Shown: one piece after another, positions 23,518-36,441 of the stretch
How positions within the stretch are numbered: position 1 is the stretch's first letter
Layout: the number at the start of each line of letters is the position of its first letter
NCBI GenBank assembly: GCA_008632985.1
Contig: QPGO01000011.1
Span: 744,001 to 808,000, forward strand
Reading direction: 5' to 3'
Source of the DNA: Psammoneis japonica
Taxonomy: Eukaryota
DNA length: 64,000 nt
Notes under the pieces: generated by a model
Databases searched by the model: none
Told to the model about the DNA's origin: nothing
What the model saw: the letters and a program-made list of their open reading frames with translations, nothing else
Made by a program: the position numbers and the translations under genes

Positions 23518-25626
23518 ATGAAAATCTCGACGAATTCCCGAAGACAACGGCGTTCTGGCGATGGTTATGAGCGCGTTCGAGTTCGAGGTCGACCCGGTAT
23601 TTTCAGTCGACCATTCCCAAAGATAGGCTATGGCGCTCCATTGATTCCACTCGTTTGCATCTTGTGTTGTACTTATGATGCATGTATACCTTTCGGTGGA
23701 ATGGTAGAGGGCTTTGAACACCATGTCGGGGCCAAACATACCGCATATCTTTGCTATCGAGGAGGCGACCTTTCAACGCAACAAGAAGAAGACGAAAATC
23801 GTAAGCTTGATGAATACATTGAAAAGCTTGTAGCGTCAGTGGACTCATCAGAAATTGACGAGACTCAAGTAGGAGAAGAGGAGGAAGTGGAAGGAGATGA
23901 GACTTTGACTCAGGAAGAGGATAGTGAAATAGAAGAGAACGATACCGAAGTTGTTGTTGACGGTGACGAGAAAGAGCTTGAAACTGAAACGCCAGACAGC
24001 AGCAGTATAGAAAGAGACACAATGGAGGAAGAGTCCCAGCCGACTTCATTGGATTCCATTTCAATCAAAGAGATCGACATCGAGGGACAAACTCCTTCAG
24101 AAACCGTCGTCGAGGCCAAGCCAGGCACCGTCGGCGACTCGAAGCCAAAGCGAAAGCGTGCCTCCAAAAGCAAAGGAAAGAAGCGGGAAAAAATGGAAAC
24201 AAGTGGAAGCGCCTTATCTCAAAGTCAGAAAGCAGGAACAAGCACTGAGACAGCATCTGCTCCACCAGAGAAAAAAGTAGAAAAGGAACAGCAGCAATCT
24301 GACGTATCAACTCTTCGCCGTCCGAATGCATTGTATCGTTTCCTATTGGGCCAAGGTCGTGTTGGGCATGTGATTGTCATGCTGTGCGTTCTCATTGTAG
24401 AATGGGTCCAGACCTTTCTTCCAATGTTGCAAAAGATTGTCAGTGGTCTTGCACTAAAGATATTTGGTTCACCGGAGCGATACTCGTTGTTGGACGAAGA
24501 GGTAGATGATGGTATTTCTGGCGGTGTACAGTCCAAGGTCAATGCTCAATACGGTGCATTTGTATCAACGGACGGAAGTACTGTGAGAGGCAAACAACGC
24601 AAGAAACTTGTGAAACAAGCTGATCTGGTAGCTGTGGAACAGTTACGTCGCGTGGGAAGCGTCCGCGAAGCCAAGTATCGACATTTGAGTGTTAACTTTA
24701 TGAAGCGACATGGTATTGGGCCGTACGGAAAAGATAAGGACATTGTCTCAGCTGACGACAGTGCTATGGTAGTAGCCGAGCCAGAGCCAACACAAAAGGA
24801 AGAGGAAGAGAGTGACGTTGATTGGGTTGTTGAGGCATTTATGCCGGAAACCGCCGAAGCTGACAGGAGCGCATCGGAATCATCCCGCACAAAGACTTCC
24901 GTAAAGCCTTCGGTGTCATTGGGGGTTGGAAGCAGTGGTACATCTGTTGGTATCGGCGTTGAGGTTGAATTTGGTGGCCCCAAGATCAAAAAGAAGAGAA
25001 AGAAAAGCCGAAAGTCGGTACTGGAAATTGTGGCGGAAGAGCATGAGGAGTCATTCTCTAGAAAAAAGAAAAAGGCGTCAGGACCTCGTGCAAGTGATCG
25101 AGATGGTGGGGGTGGTCTCGTTGGGAGACTTCGCAGTGCGGTGGGCTCTAACATTCCAAGTAGTTTGTTGGGAGCATACCCTGGCGATGCTGTCCCTCCA
25201 GACGAAGCCGCTAGCGCTGACGGTATCATGTCGCTTGCAACAAAGTATGGCTATGGTGAATGGAGTGATGACGATGATGTTTATGGGTACAGCATCCCCG
25301 TTAGTACACACCGAAGGAAGAAACGAGTTGTTACCAAAAAACGGAGGAGCACCAAGCGTCGAAGCAGCTCCGACTTTGACGCTGTGTTTGGTGGCATGTC
25401 TCTCTCCGACGTGGGAGCTAGTGACAAGTCTAGTTTTGCTTCCACAGAAACTACAAGCCGCAATGTATCACCAAGATCTAGAAGCACAATGGAAACATTG
25501 ATTAGAACCCAAGACAGCAGCAGACGGCAAGAAATTGTAGAAGCTGAAAATCAGCTTCGGCTTCCGATGGAAAGAATAAACGAAATCCGAAGAAAACAAG
25601 AGTTGAAAGCCAGTCAAGATGATTAG
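23518..25626 (+). CDS. Hypothetical 702-aa protein, acidic/basic low-complexity with hydrophobic segments
   Basis: Long uninterrupted ORF with normal TA content; N-terminal hydrophobic stretch and LRGG-like (YRGG) motif, plus an internal TM-like segment. Confidence 0.75.
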   Translation: MKISTNSRRQRRSGDGYERVRVRGRPGIFSRPFPKIGYGAPLIPLVCILCCTYDACIPFGGMVEGFEHHVGAKHTAYLCYRGGDLSTQQEEDENRKLDEYIEKLVASVDSSEIDETQVGEEEEVEGDETLTQEEDSEIEENDTEVVVDGDEKELETETPDSSSIERDTMEEESQPTSLDSISIKEIDIEGQTPSETVVEAKPGTVGDSKPKRKRASKSKGKKREKMETSGSALSQSQKAGTSTETASAPPEKKVEKEQQQSDVSTLRRPNALYRFLLGQGRVGHVIVMLCVLIVEWVQTFLPMLQKIVSGLALKIFGSPERYSLLDEEVDDGISGGVQSKVNAQYGAFVSTDGSTVRGKQRKKLVKQADLVAVEQLRRVGSVREAKYRHLSVNFMKRHGIGPYGKDKDIVSADDSAMVVAEPEPTQKEEEESDVDWVVEAFMPETAEADRSASESSRTKTSVKPSVSLGVGSSGTSVGIGVEVEFGGPKIKKKRKKSRKSVLEIVAEEHEESFSRKKKKASGPRASDRDGGGGLVGRLRSAVGSNIPSSLLGAYPGDAVPPDEAASADGIMSLATKYGYGEWSDDDDVYGYSIPVSTHRRKKRVVTKKRRSTKRRSSSDFDAVFGGMSLSDVGASDKSSFASTETTSRNVSPRSRSTMETLIRTQDSSRRQEIVEAENQLRLPMERINEIRRKQELKASQDD

Positions 25627-26364
25627 GCGACCATACAATGATTGATATATCCAGCCGTTTAATGGTGTAAGTTAAGTAAACCAGAAACTAGGGTGTGCTA
25701 TGCTGCTCTTCGGGATAATGCCTCGTGGATTGAGAGTACCTGTGGATAAAAGGGACCCTACTCTCTTTTAGACTAAAACCTGTATGCGGTATCATACGGT
25801 ACGTACTACGTACGGTGTTCAGAAGGGAAAATAAAAAATAATCAAAAATGATGACCTCAGACATGTGTGTCGACGATTGTGTGATTACGCAAGATGCTCC
25901 TTGCAAGCATGTACACACACATGCGGCAGGGCCCTGGTCATAAAATGTCCGTTGAAGTCATGTGATGTGCAGTTCTTTAACGACATCAAATTGTGTGCTT
26001 CGACATTCTACATTAAGACATGAAAACGTCTGTTGAGATTGGTGCATCCGTTGATGCATCTCACACTTCAGTCCAAATCTCTTCCGCCACAGATGGTTCG
26101 TCACATTTTTTTGGGAACCGCTCGAGTTTTTATGCACTCATGGTTGTGCATCTCCACTCTGAACTCCCTGGCCAGCCAGACCACAGAAATGACGGTCGAC
26201 GAAGAAGAGCGAAAACGCAGAAACAGAGAGTGCCAAAAGACATTCAGGAAGAAACAAAAACGGAAAGCAAAAAAGAAGGAAGACAACCAAGCACGGTGCC
26301 CTCGGGTCAAAGAAGAAAAACAACTTCAAAACATCATGGCGACGATGCCATCAATGACTTCGAC

Positions 26365-26760
26365 GCACAATCCTTGGCGAATGGCACTGCCACTCAACCG
26401 ACTCCGGCAACGCACGTGTTGATGCCAGCGGCCGGCAGGGCAGCAACGGTGGACATTGATCAGCAGGTGCGTTTGCTTCTTGATGAGAACAAAGAGCTCA
26501 ACATTTGGGCAAAGCAATTCTGTGACAAACAAGCTGACAACATTTGGAACTTTGTCACTTCGATGCAATCCTTGGCGAATGGCACCGCCACTCAACCAAC
26601 TCCGGCAATGTGCGTGTTGATGCCAGTGGCCGGCAGGGTGGCAATGGTGGATGTTGATCAGCAGGTGCTTTTGCTTCTTGATGAGAATGAAGAGCTTGAC
26701 AGTTGGGCAAAGCTAATTTTTGACAAACAAGCTGACAACGTTCGGGACTTTGTCAAAAGT
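26365..26760 (+). repeat. 198-bp (66-codon) tandem duplication in a relic ORF
   Basis: QSLANGTATQPTPA..VLMP.AGR.A.VD.DQQV.LLLDEN.EL..WAK...DKQADN occurs twice in ORF 26020..26991. Confidence 0.85.
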
Positions 26761-29570
26761 TCCCAAGAGCAACGTGGTGAGGTGATTGCTTGTTTCAGAG
26801 AGAAGGCACAAAATGGCACCATCTGCATGATGGCTCCAAGCAAAAAGAGAAAGAATGAAGACCACATGGACGTGACCATGAATCAAGGATTGGCAGCCTG
26901 CAAAACGGCACCCACTCAGAGAGATCAAATCAAGAATGGCGCTTCACAAAACCATGATCTGTCGTTGATCAAAAAAGCATTGGATCTTTGAAAGCAATCT
27001 GATTCTCGCAATTTCAAAAACCATCCATGAGGCTGTCCATTTGCTTTGAACAGTGGCGTGTCCGGTCCTCCTTGTGTCCTTGGAGTGCCGTGAGACCACC
27101 CAGCACTGATGGACGCAACAGGTGCTTCTCCTCCCTTTGGCGTGAGCCGTTGGCAAACGCACTTGGTCACTCGTGGTGCTTCTCATGCCAAGGGTGCAAT
27201 TCCAAGCATTGACGACTCTTGAGTGCTTTCCAGTGTTGGGAGTGGATGCATTCCCAGCAAGAAGGAGAAGCACATGGCTGGCAGGTGGATTGAAGAAGAC
27301 GCAGACCACCATTCAGTGCCTCGAGTAGAAAATCATTGTCTGGAGCCCGACCCTCATCTCTGGACATGTTTGGTTTTGCACCGACACCTGTTGAAGACAG
27401 GAAACACCCATGTCTCACTGACGGCGAGATTGCCGAGTTTGATCAAAGACTCGAAAACCACTTTGTCCCCAAAGCCAACAGGCCAGTGGAACAGAAAACA
27501 ATCTTGGGTCTTGGATGGCACAATGAAGAGGAAGCCATCAAACTCATGGTTCGATTGAACAGTGAGAGCTGTCAAGGCCACGTGCTCTTGCATTCTAAAT
27601 GCACAGAGCTTTGTGACTTTCTGAATGAGATGGGGAAATGTCTTTGAGGATTGATCATCAAACAGCTCTTGTTGCATCAACACACAAGTCAACGACTGTT
27701 TTGTCACCTTCTCCTTAGAGTCGACCTTGTGTCTGACTCATGCAGCAACCGACAATGTTCTAAAAGTTCCCAAATGCCAGCATTGTCAATTGTTGAGCAT
27801 CCTGCTGTCTCTGTGAGTTTTCTGTGTCCATTGTTTTGAGACCATTTTCACAGTCCACACTGCATGCATTGAAGGTTTCATTCAAACAGACTTCGCAACA
27901 AACTGGAGCACGTGTCTCATGTCAAGGCACATTGCATTGAAGGAAACATGCTCTTGTGCGCATGGAGCGATGGGGTTGCTTTGTGAAACTCTCCTTTGGT
28001 CATGGCAAGGTTGCCGCTAAATGCAACGATTCTTGTTTCAAGGCATCTTGACGGATGCACTCTTTTAGATGTTGCAAGATTGTCCATGGGTGATTCTAAT
28101 GTGATTGCTGTCTTTGTCTGAGCAGCACTGAAGTGTTGTTCTCATTTCTTGGAGATGAGAGGTTGGACAAACACCCACACACAATGGACAAACGGGGTTC
28201 AAAACAATGTCAACATTCATGGTGTGTGAAATCCGAGAGACCGTCGTGAACAAAAACATCAAATCCGCAGAGTGATGAAGATCGGATCATGAGACTGCCA
28301 TCTTCATCACAGACTCTGCCAAGACACTTCGGATGGCAAGAAGGAAATTCCATTTTGTCAGCTTTGGTGTCACCAGGTTCCGACAGTCTCAATGGTTGGC
28401 ACATCAATTTTGAAAAGAGACGGCTTGGCCCTGGCCACCGCAAAAAGCAAAAGTCAACTCACTGCACACTTCTTCCGTCTGCACACTGAGGCAACACTGG
28501 GCCAGAGCCGCTTCTTCGTGTGACCTCACCATCTCTGTGCTCACACCTGCTCGTTTCCATCTTAAAAAAGCAAACGCATGTTGAACATTGAACCAGGAGA
28601 TGAGTCACAGAGAAAAGAGCAGAGCAGTGCAAGCACATTTGTGACTTGCGACCTGCGTGGTTGATGGCACTGGAACAAAAACTTGCATTTAGCTGACCCC
28701 CATTGTCTCTTCAATGCTTTGCAGAAGAACCTGCAAGCCACTGTGATTTGTTGTTCTCAATGAAATGCTCTCCTCTCATGCACCCATTGTCGTCTTGTCA
28801 CCTTCAAGAAAGGTTGAAGCATCGGGTGGAAGCCATGTTTGCACTGGTCAGAGTTCCAGAGATTTTTTGGCCTCAACTGCATTGAAAATTCTGTTTTGAT
28901 TGCAACTTGCCACAGCACGCCATTGTCACATTGCAACTTGTCATCTTGCTCTCTTTCAGACATTGCATTGTCAAGCCAAGCCCCTGTGACATCATCTTTG
29001 CTGTTGTCCTTGTGACATTTGTCACTTTGCTCTTTGCCCTGTTTTTCAGAGACAGCATGTCCAGCTTTTCATTTGGTCTGACCAATTGCAAGGATGCTCT
29101 TTCTTTGAATCTTCCATTGCAATGGCTCCAACAAAGATGAGCCAGTGAAATGCCCGGGCATTCACAAGCTTTGAGCAATCAAATTGGGGAGCATGGCCAC
29201 AAAAGCCACGTTGTTCCACACTCTCTTGGGCGGTGCTGCATCCCATTTGACCAGATTCTCTTCGTGGTTGGTGCTTTCTTGGTTCCCGGCAGAAGCACAA
29301 AAAGGTGCAATGCTGCAAACAAGGCATTGGACGCAGATTGAATGGGACCACCAATGTGAGTTACAAAGACTGCCTTTGTTTCATTGAGATGATCAAAAGT
29401 GTGCACAAGCAGTGAAATCAGCAGCTCAGTTCAAGTTGTTTGAGAACAAGCAAATGACCTCAAATGACCTCATCCTGCACAAATTGCCACAGATTTGTCC
29501 TGCGCTGATGCTGCATGTGCTCCCTTTGAGCAATTGCATGGGTTCTGGTGTGTTTCCACCGCATGACGTC

Positions 29571-31425
29571 GTGGTCTTCGAGCAAGTTGGCATCTGACAT
29601 CGGCTCACATTCCCTCACTCGCGTGTTGCTTGTCAGTTGTGAAAGGCATTGAAAGCACCCTGTTTGTGGTTGCAACAGCATCTGCTGGTGGGAGAATGGT
29701 GGCCAAGCCTTTCCAGAGGTGCACAGCACATTTTTTTTGCTGGCAGATCCTGTGCACACCAGCTGGTGTGTCCACAGCCTTCTTGTTGCAGCAAGCTGCA
29801 ACACGCCAGTTCCTTCCTTTTGGCATGTGCTGTTGCCATGAGTGGCTCCAGTTTGAGGATGAAACATCTTGTGTTGGCTGAGTTGCAGCCATTGCCAGAA
29901 GTCATCAGCACTGTGCAATCTTGTGATGGTGCTGTGGCTCCAGCGCGGCAACATCATGGTGTGAGTGGCCAAGAGCCGGGGGGGGGCAGTCTTGCTTGCT
30001 GGTTGCTCACAAGTGCGCACTTTGTGGGAAGAAGCCAATGTTGCTGACACATGCTCAGCAAGCAAAGCCACATTGTGCAGGTGGTGTGGAAAGGCACAAA
30101 CTCCAAAAGAGACTGAGGTTGCCAGCAGCACACGCGAGCCTCTGGGAGGCAGCAAGTGCAGCCAGTGGACTGATGGCAAATGAAGAGGCAAAAATGGATG
30201 AGACTGCAGCAAAGGAGGTGCTGAGAGACTGGCTGCACCTTTCAAATTGGTTGGACAGAGAGTCAACTTGCCACCACCTCTGGCTGCATGGCATGGCTCT
30301 TGGCTTTGCCACCAACCATCACTCCCAAAGATTCCCAGAATTTCCATGCCTGCTGTTGCACCTCAGCAGTGCTCTGTGAGACCCAACATCGTGGTCTTTG
30401 AGCAAGTTGGCATCTGACATCGGCTCACGTTCCCTCACTTGCGTGTTGCTCATCAGTTGTGAAAGGCATTGAAAGCACCTTGTTTGTGGTTGCAACAGCA
30501 TCTGCTGGTGGGAGAATGGTGGCCAAGCCTTTCCAGAGGTGCACAGCACATTTTTTTTGCTGGCAGATCCTGTGCACACCAGCTGGTGTGTCCACAGCCT
30601 TCTTGTTGCAGCAAGCTGTGCAACATGCCAGTTCCTTTTGGCATGTGCAGTTGCCATGAGTGGCTCCAGTTTGAGGATGAAACATCTTGTGTTGGCTGAG
30701 TTGCAGCCATTGCCAGAAGTCATCAGTGCTGTGCAATCTTGTGATGGTGCTGTGGCTCCAGCACAGCAACATCATGGTGTGAGCAGTGATCCTGTGCACA
30801 CCAGCTGACACGCCGGACTCCACAGCCTTCTCATTGCAGCAAGCTGCAACACGCCAGTTCCTTCCTTTTGGCATGTGCTGTTGCCATGAGTGGCTCCAGT
30901 TTGAGGACAAAACATCTTGTGGTGTTGGCTGAGTTGCAGCCATTGCCAGAAGTCATCAGCACTGTGCAATCTTGTGATGGTGCTGTGGCTCCAGCACGGC
31001 AACATCATGGTGTGAGTGGCCAAGAGACAGGGGGCAGTCTTGCTGGTTGCTCACAAGTGCGCACTTTGTGGGAAGAACCCAATGTTGCTGACACATGCTC
31101 AGCAAGCAAAGCCACATTTTGCAGGTGGTGTGGAAAGGCACAAACTCCAAAAGAGACTCAGGTTGCCAGCAGCACACATGAGCCTCTAGGAGGCTGCAAG
31201 TGCAGCCATTGGACTGATGGCAAATGAAGAGGCAAAAATGGATGAGACTGCAGCAAAGGAGGTGCTGAGAGACTGGCTGCACCTTTCAAATTGGTTGGAC
31301 AGAGAGCCAACTTGCCACCACCTCTGGCTGCATGCATGGCTCTTGGCTTTGCCACCAACCATCACTCCCAAAGATTCCCAGAATTTCTGTGCCTGCTGTT
31401 GCACCTCAGCAGTGCTCTGTGAGAC
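29571..31425 (+). repeat. Nested tandem duplication: ~820-bp unit, a truncated second copy and a 5'-truncated third copy
   Basis: The unit starting GTGGTCTT(C/T)GAGCAAGTTGG occurs at 29571 and 30391. Copy 2 breaks at ~30785 and restarts at GATCCTGTGCACACCAGCTG (equivalent to 29746), running to ~31425. Confidence 0.9.
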
Positions 31426-33154
31426 CCACCAGACCTCGAAACACGCACTCCATTGGGTGCTGCACAACCCTCCCCAGCAAAGTGTGGCAGTTCTTGACAT
31501 GGTTGTCACTTGCACCCAATCAACCCAACAAAAAAGACATCAGCAAAACACTGCTGCTGTGAAAGAAGGAGTCGTACTCCTCTCTCACAGAGCTGATGCT
31601 GCAGTGTCAGCTTGCAAAAACTTGTGAGATGCTGCCACTGCATGACTTGCAACAAACAAAATTTGCTGCCAGCTTGTGTGATGCTGTTGATGAACAGCCC
31701 CACAGCTCGCCATTCTGGCACATGCACAAGATGCAATTTTTGTGGCTGGGTTTTCTGCATGTCATGCCAGGAACTTTCTTGGCCTTGTTGTCCAAATGGA
31801 AAACATGCAAAGCTTGCTGCAGCTCCCATGTGCTGGATGTCAGCTCACAAGAGGGCACAAACCTGTGCATTTTTTGCAAAGCACATCACCAAGGAGGTGG
31901 GCACCAGCGGTCATTTGGCAAGCCTCAAACACCCAGCCCAACATGCTCAGCTGGAGGTCAGCTGTGCCAGGCATTGCCAGTGTGAAAGTCCTTGCCTTTC
32001 CTTGGCCAATGACATTGCCAGCTGCTGCTCCTTTGTCCATCATCCAGGCTCTGAGATTGCACACAGACCGGCCCATGTCCTGCTGTGAGCAGTCTTGCTT
32101 GGCACAGGACCCCTCTGTTTTCCTTGGCACATCATCAACGGCATTGCTTGGAGGGCAGTTTGTTGGCATTTGGGAGCCACCACAGCTGGAGAGAGCAAGC
32201 CCTTGTGAGATCCACAATTGTGGCATCTCATGCCCACCCCTTGTCAGTTTGGACAGCTTGCTGGGAGCAAATGGCTTGGACAACGGGCCTCCTGGCCCTG
32301 GCTGGCTGGACGGCTTGATGGTGACACAATTTGATGACATCAATGGGCAAAAAGATTGGGTGCTGTGGCTTTCCTGTTGCACAGTGTTCAGCAGCTACCT
32401 CAGCCACCCACACAACAATCAGATTTGCCACTCTCCTGAAAATCTTTGGGCTCATGAATGACAATGCTGCAATGATGGCCAGCCACATGAGAACAAATGC
32501 TCAGTTGGGAGGTGTGTGCACTGTGGGCAGGCAGTGCCAACGCATGTGATGAAAAAGTTCACAAGCCAGACTGACTTCACAGCACCAAGGTTGTCAAGTC
32601 ACATTGCTGCCACAACAATGTGACCTTGCTTGTGAGCCCACACCACAAAATTCTCATGTGTTGGGCAGACCACACTGAAGGGATGGGCAACAAAAATTGC
32701 AGCTCAGTGGTGCATCACAAGCCTCAAGTGCGCTAAAAAGGAGAGTGCCCCACCCCCGCCACACAGCTGGGGTGGCAAACCAACTGCAAAGTGGAGTGGG
32801 ATGGCACAGGGAGTGGCTGCAACAACTTGTCACCTGCTCTGATGCCAGTGTCCCATCCACCTCATGTCACAGTCACCTCCAGCACACCAGCAGCCATCTG
32901 CCAACCAATTGCTTTTGACTGATCTGGTGACTTGTCTGTGCTGCTTTTCCACATGCACCAGTGGAGCATGCTTTTTTGATGATTGCCATCACCTGAGCCC
33001 CACACTGCCCAGCACAACTGCCAGCTCATCAGGCAGGCAGATGTGTGCAACATGCACCCACTGTGACTGAGACAGTTGCCCACACCACAGCCCACAAAAA
33101 GATGTGCAGGACAACACAAGTCCACAAACAAACACCAGGATTTTCTGCACAGAA

Positions 33155-35140
33155 GGCTGGGTGCACCATCTCTCAAGCCTGTGGACAAGCCTTGTTGTGT
33201 GGCATTGTCCCCCAACATGAGCATCAACTTTGGACCACAGCAAACTGACCCTGCTGTGCTGCAACCCTGAGGAGAAGAGGAGAGTCTGCACCTCTTGCTT
33301 TCAGAGGACATGCAGTTTGGTGAAGCACTCACACACCTCATCACTCAGGTCTTCTGACCCACGTTGCTGGCGTGCCCCTGTTTCATCAAGGTTGACACTG
33401 TGCAGATGGCGGGCCATGCCACATTTGTGCGCAAGCACCAGATGTGCCAAAACTCAAAGTCAACTCCTCCTCAAGCACTGTGTGGTGCACAACAACAACC
33501 CTTCACAGCATTCTCTCTGGTGCTGCTGGTGCAGGCAGAACTGAGTCATCTCTCTGTGTTTCTGTGCTGTCAAAGAAACTGTCATCAACACTCCAAGGTT
33601 GAGCTGCAGCTTGGCTGGAGAAGCCATGATGGCCAGCATCAAAGAAGCAGGCTGTTGCAGCTGACAGCTTTTGTCAGGTCAACAACTTTCTAAATGTGAT
33701 CACGCACAGATGGACATGAAGTTGGTGAGTTGCAGCCACACTGCACGACCCAAAGAGAAAGGATCATGCACATCACATTTTTTGTCTGCTGCAAAAGGCA
33801 ACAACAAACTCTTGAGAGGTGGCTGCTGCTCCATTTTTCAAGCATTTCAATTTTGCCAAGCTTTGCAATGCTGAGAGGGAGAAGATTTGATTGCTGGAGA
33901 CTGAGCTGTGGTGGCCCAACACTGCAAGGCAAAGTGGGCCCCATGCTGTTGGCTGTGTGGCGGCATTTGGGTGCCTGACAAAAAGACATGAAACCCCATG
34001 AGCTTTGCATGGATTTCTGTGGCATTTACATGAAAAACACAGCAAGATCTCACAGAACAAACCTGCTCACAAACACACATTTGTGTTGTTCACCAATGAC
34101 TTTTGCAAGGAATTCTGTGACACTTGTGAAAAAAAAGACATGTGGAATCTTGTTGAGTCCACACATTTGCACAAATGTGCATGTTGTCAACCAGCAAACT
34201 CAGACATTTGTGTGAGATCTCAACAAAATGAGAGGAGTTCACAGAATTGTGTGCGGAACACTGCAAATCACCAATTTATCTTGCACTCTGTCAGCCTGTT
34301 CATGCTGGTCTTCTTGTGCATGTCACAGAGGAGTGCACCCTCAACACTCCATTTTGAGGAGAGATGCAAAAAAGAAGGCTGTGTGAAGAGCACACTCTGT
34401 GCAGCTGACACTCTCTTTACAGTCTGCAGCAACAAAGAGAGTGTGTCAGCATGTTTTTCACAACTGTGCTGACATTTTGTCACATGTGAGCTGGCAATGA
34501 AGTGTGGCATGGTTTGTGGTTGTCAAGCAGAGTGTCAACAGAGAGAAAGTGAAAAAATGTTCACATTTTTGGTGCTGCCGGTGGTCATTGCTGGCAGCTG
34601 CAGCACACCTGTTGCAATTGAGACAGCAGCCCTTTCTGTGGTCTGCAGCCAACAAAATGATGCCACACCTGGCATGAGAACCACACAAGTCTGCAAGCAA
34701 ACACCGGAAGGTTTTTTTGCACACACATTGAAACAACACACGCAGTCAAAAGGCCATCTAGATGGCACTCTGGCATGGATGGTGGGTGCTCCATCTCCCA
34801 AAGCTGTGGACAAGCCCCGCTGTGGCATCACATCCCAATGTGAGCATCAACTTTGGACCACAACAACAGACAGCAGCTCCTGCTGGCTGCAACCCTGAGG
34901 AGAGGAGAGGCTGTGCCTGTTGCCTTCAGAAGCTGCTCAATTTTGTCAAGCACTTGTGCACCCCATCACTCAGGTGGTCCATGCTGACACATGTTGCAGG
35001 CCTGTTCATTTCATCAAGATGGCCATCTCACCACATTTGGGTGCAAAACAAGCAGCAGCCCAACGGATGTGCAAAAACTTGGAGTGTTCTTTGTGCAGAA
35101 CTGTGTGGGGAGCACAACAGCCTCTCACAGCACTCACTCT
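33155..35140 (+). repeat. Diverged dispersed duplication (~33155-33520 vs ~34780-35140)
   Basis: Shared blocks CCATCTC..AAGC.TGTGGACAAGCC, GAGCATCAACTTTGGACCAC and GCTGCAACCCTGAGGAG. Confidence 0.7.
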
Positions 35141-35674
35141 GATGCCGCCAGTGGGCAGAGCCAAGCCAGATCACCTTTCAACACACCAGTCACGCAGTCC
35201 CTGGGCCCTTGGTTGTCCAGCCTGCTCACCAAGAGCATCTTCAGACTGTTGAGAGTGGCCGCACACTGGACTTTTCCCTTTTGTTGCTCTCCCAGGATTG
35301 CATGTCTCAAGCCACAGCTCAGGGTTCAAAGGACCACAGGACAAAGGCAAGACATTTTGGCTCCATGTTGTGGTGGGGCTCCACTCAACATTTTGGACTG
35401 GATTTGACTGCCAGTTTTTGCAGCCTTTTTCAGTGGAGTGACACTGAACTTTCCAAGTTGAAAGCCGCAGCTTGCCTGGAAGATGTGTCAGCCATCACAA
35501 AGCAGGAAGCAGGTGCCACTGCCACAGCTGACAGCTTGTCAAGACCAACTTTTTCCACTTGATTGCACACAGACAGGCACTGCATCATGTTGATGAGTTG
35601 CTTGTGGTCACATTCCAACATGGCCAAAAAAGAAGAAAAACAGAGCTGCCCGCATGGAAGCATTCTTTGCAGAG

Positions 35675-36441
35675 AATGGAGTGGCGCACTTTCCAAAAGT
35701 GCGGTGCGCAGCACTCGTCCACATGCGGACAAATGGCACCGGACTCTGCGCACCGAACACAACAAGATTTCACTCATTGCGACAACAGCAGGGAAGTCTG
35801 TCATGTCGGGCACATCGACGTTGTTGCGCTTCTTGCGCATAAAAAATACATCAATCCACTAACATTACGCATGCGAATTGGATGGGATACAGGATCTTGC
35901 AAATCTGGTGAAAAAATCGTCCCCCCGTGCTTCACCGTGTTAAAAACCCCGTGCCAATCCTCCACAATGAATGAAAATCCAACTTTTCGTCAAAATCTGT
36001 TGTCGCGTGCTCACTTCAGTGCTTCATCAATGCGATCGACCGAGAAAACACAAAATACACCCCAAAAAAAGTGAAAAACAACAGTCCCACCGCGGCCAAA
36101 ACCTCTACGTGATTTCAGTGCCAAGTTGTACGTGCCAAAAACCCTTCGTCACCAATGGCTCAACCAGCTCCCAAAACAACTCGATCATTGTCATTTGACA
36201 TTGATATCTCATTTCTTATCATATCAGTTGTTGTCTCGGTGCATCATAACCTCCCAGTCCGCTGTCGTTGTTGTGTGCGTCCATTGCCGATGTCGCGGCG
36301 TCGTTGCCGTGATGTTTGTGTGTGAAGTGTGAAGTGAATTCAAATAAACATCTCTACGAATTTTGTAGTACATTTTTACGTACGTATATTTTGTGTAGAT
36401 TAGGTATGCGCACCGAATTTTTGAAAGTACGCCACTCCATT
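35675..36441. mobile_element. Candidate MITE-like element (imperfect ~36-bp terminal inverted repeats)
   Basis: 35675-35710 AATGGAGTGGCGCACTTTCCAAAAGTGCGGTGCGCA vs the reverse complement of 36407-36441 AATGGAGTGGCGTACTTTCAAAAATTCGGTGCGCA; GAG flanks both sides. Confidence 0.45.

Larger units (their letters stand above)
25860..35820. other. Large (~10 kb) TpA- and CpG-depleted degenerate island with internal duplications (probable decayed repeat/mobile DNA)
   Basis: TG/CA-saturated sequence with very few TA. Dozens of overlapping C/H/Q/W-rich ORFs in all six frames; no assignable transposase motif. Confidence 0.8.

Noticed and set aside
26992..35860. Numerous 60-300 aa Cys/His-rich ORFs as real genes or zinc-finger proteins
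   Set aside because: They overlap in all six frames and follow from the loss of TAA/TAG and excess TG/CA; no conserved motifs.
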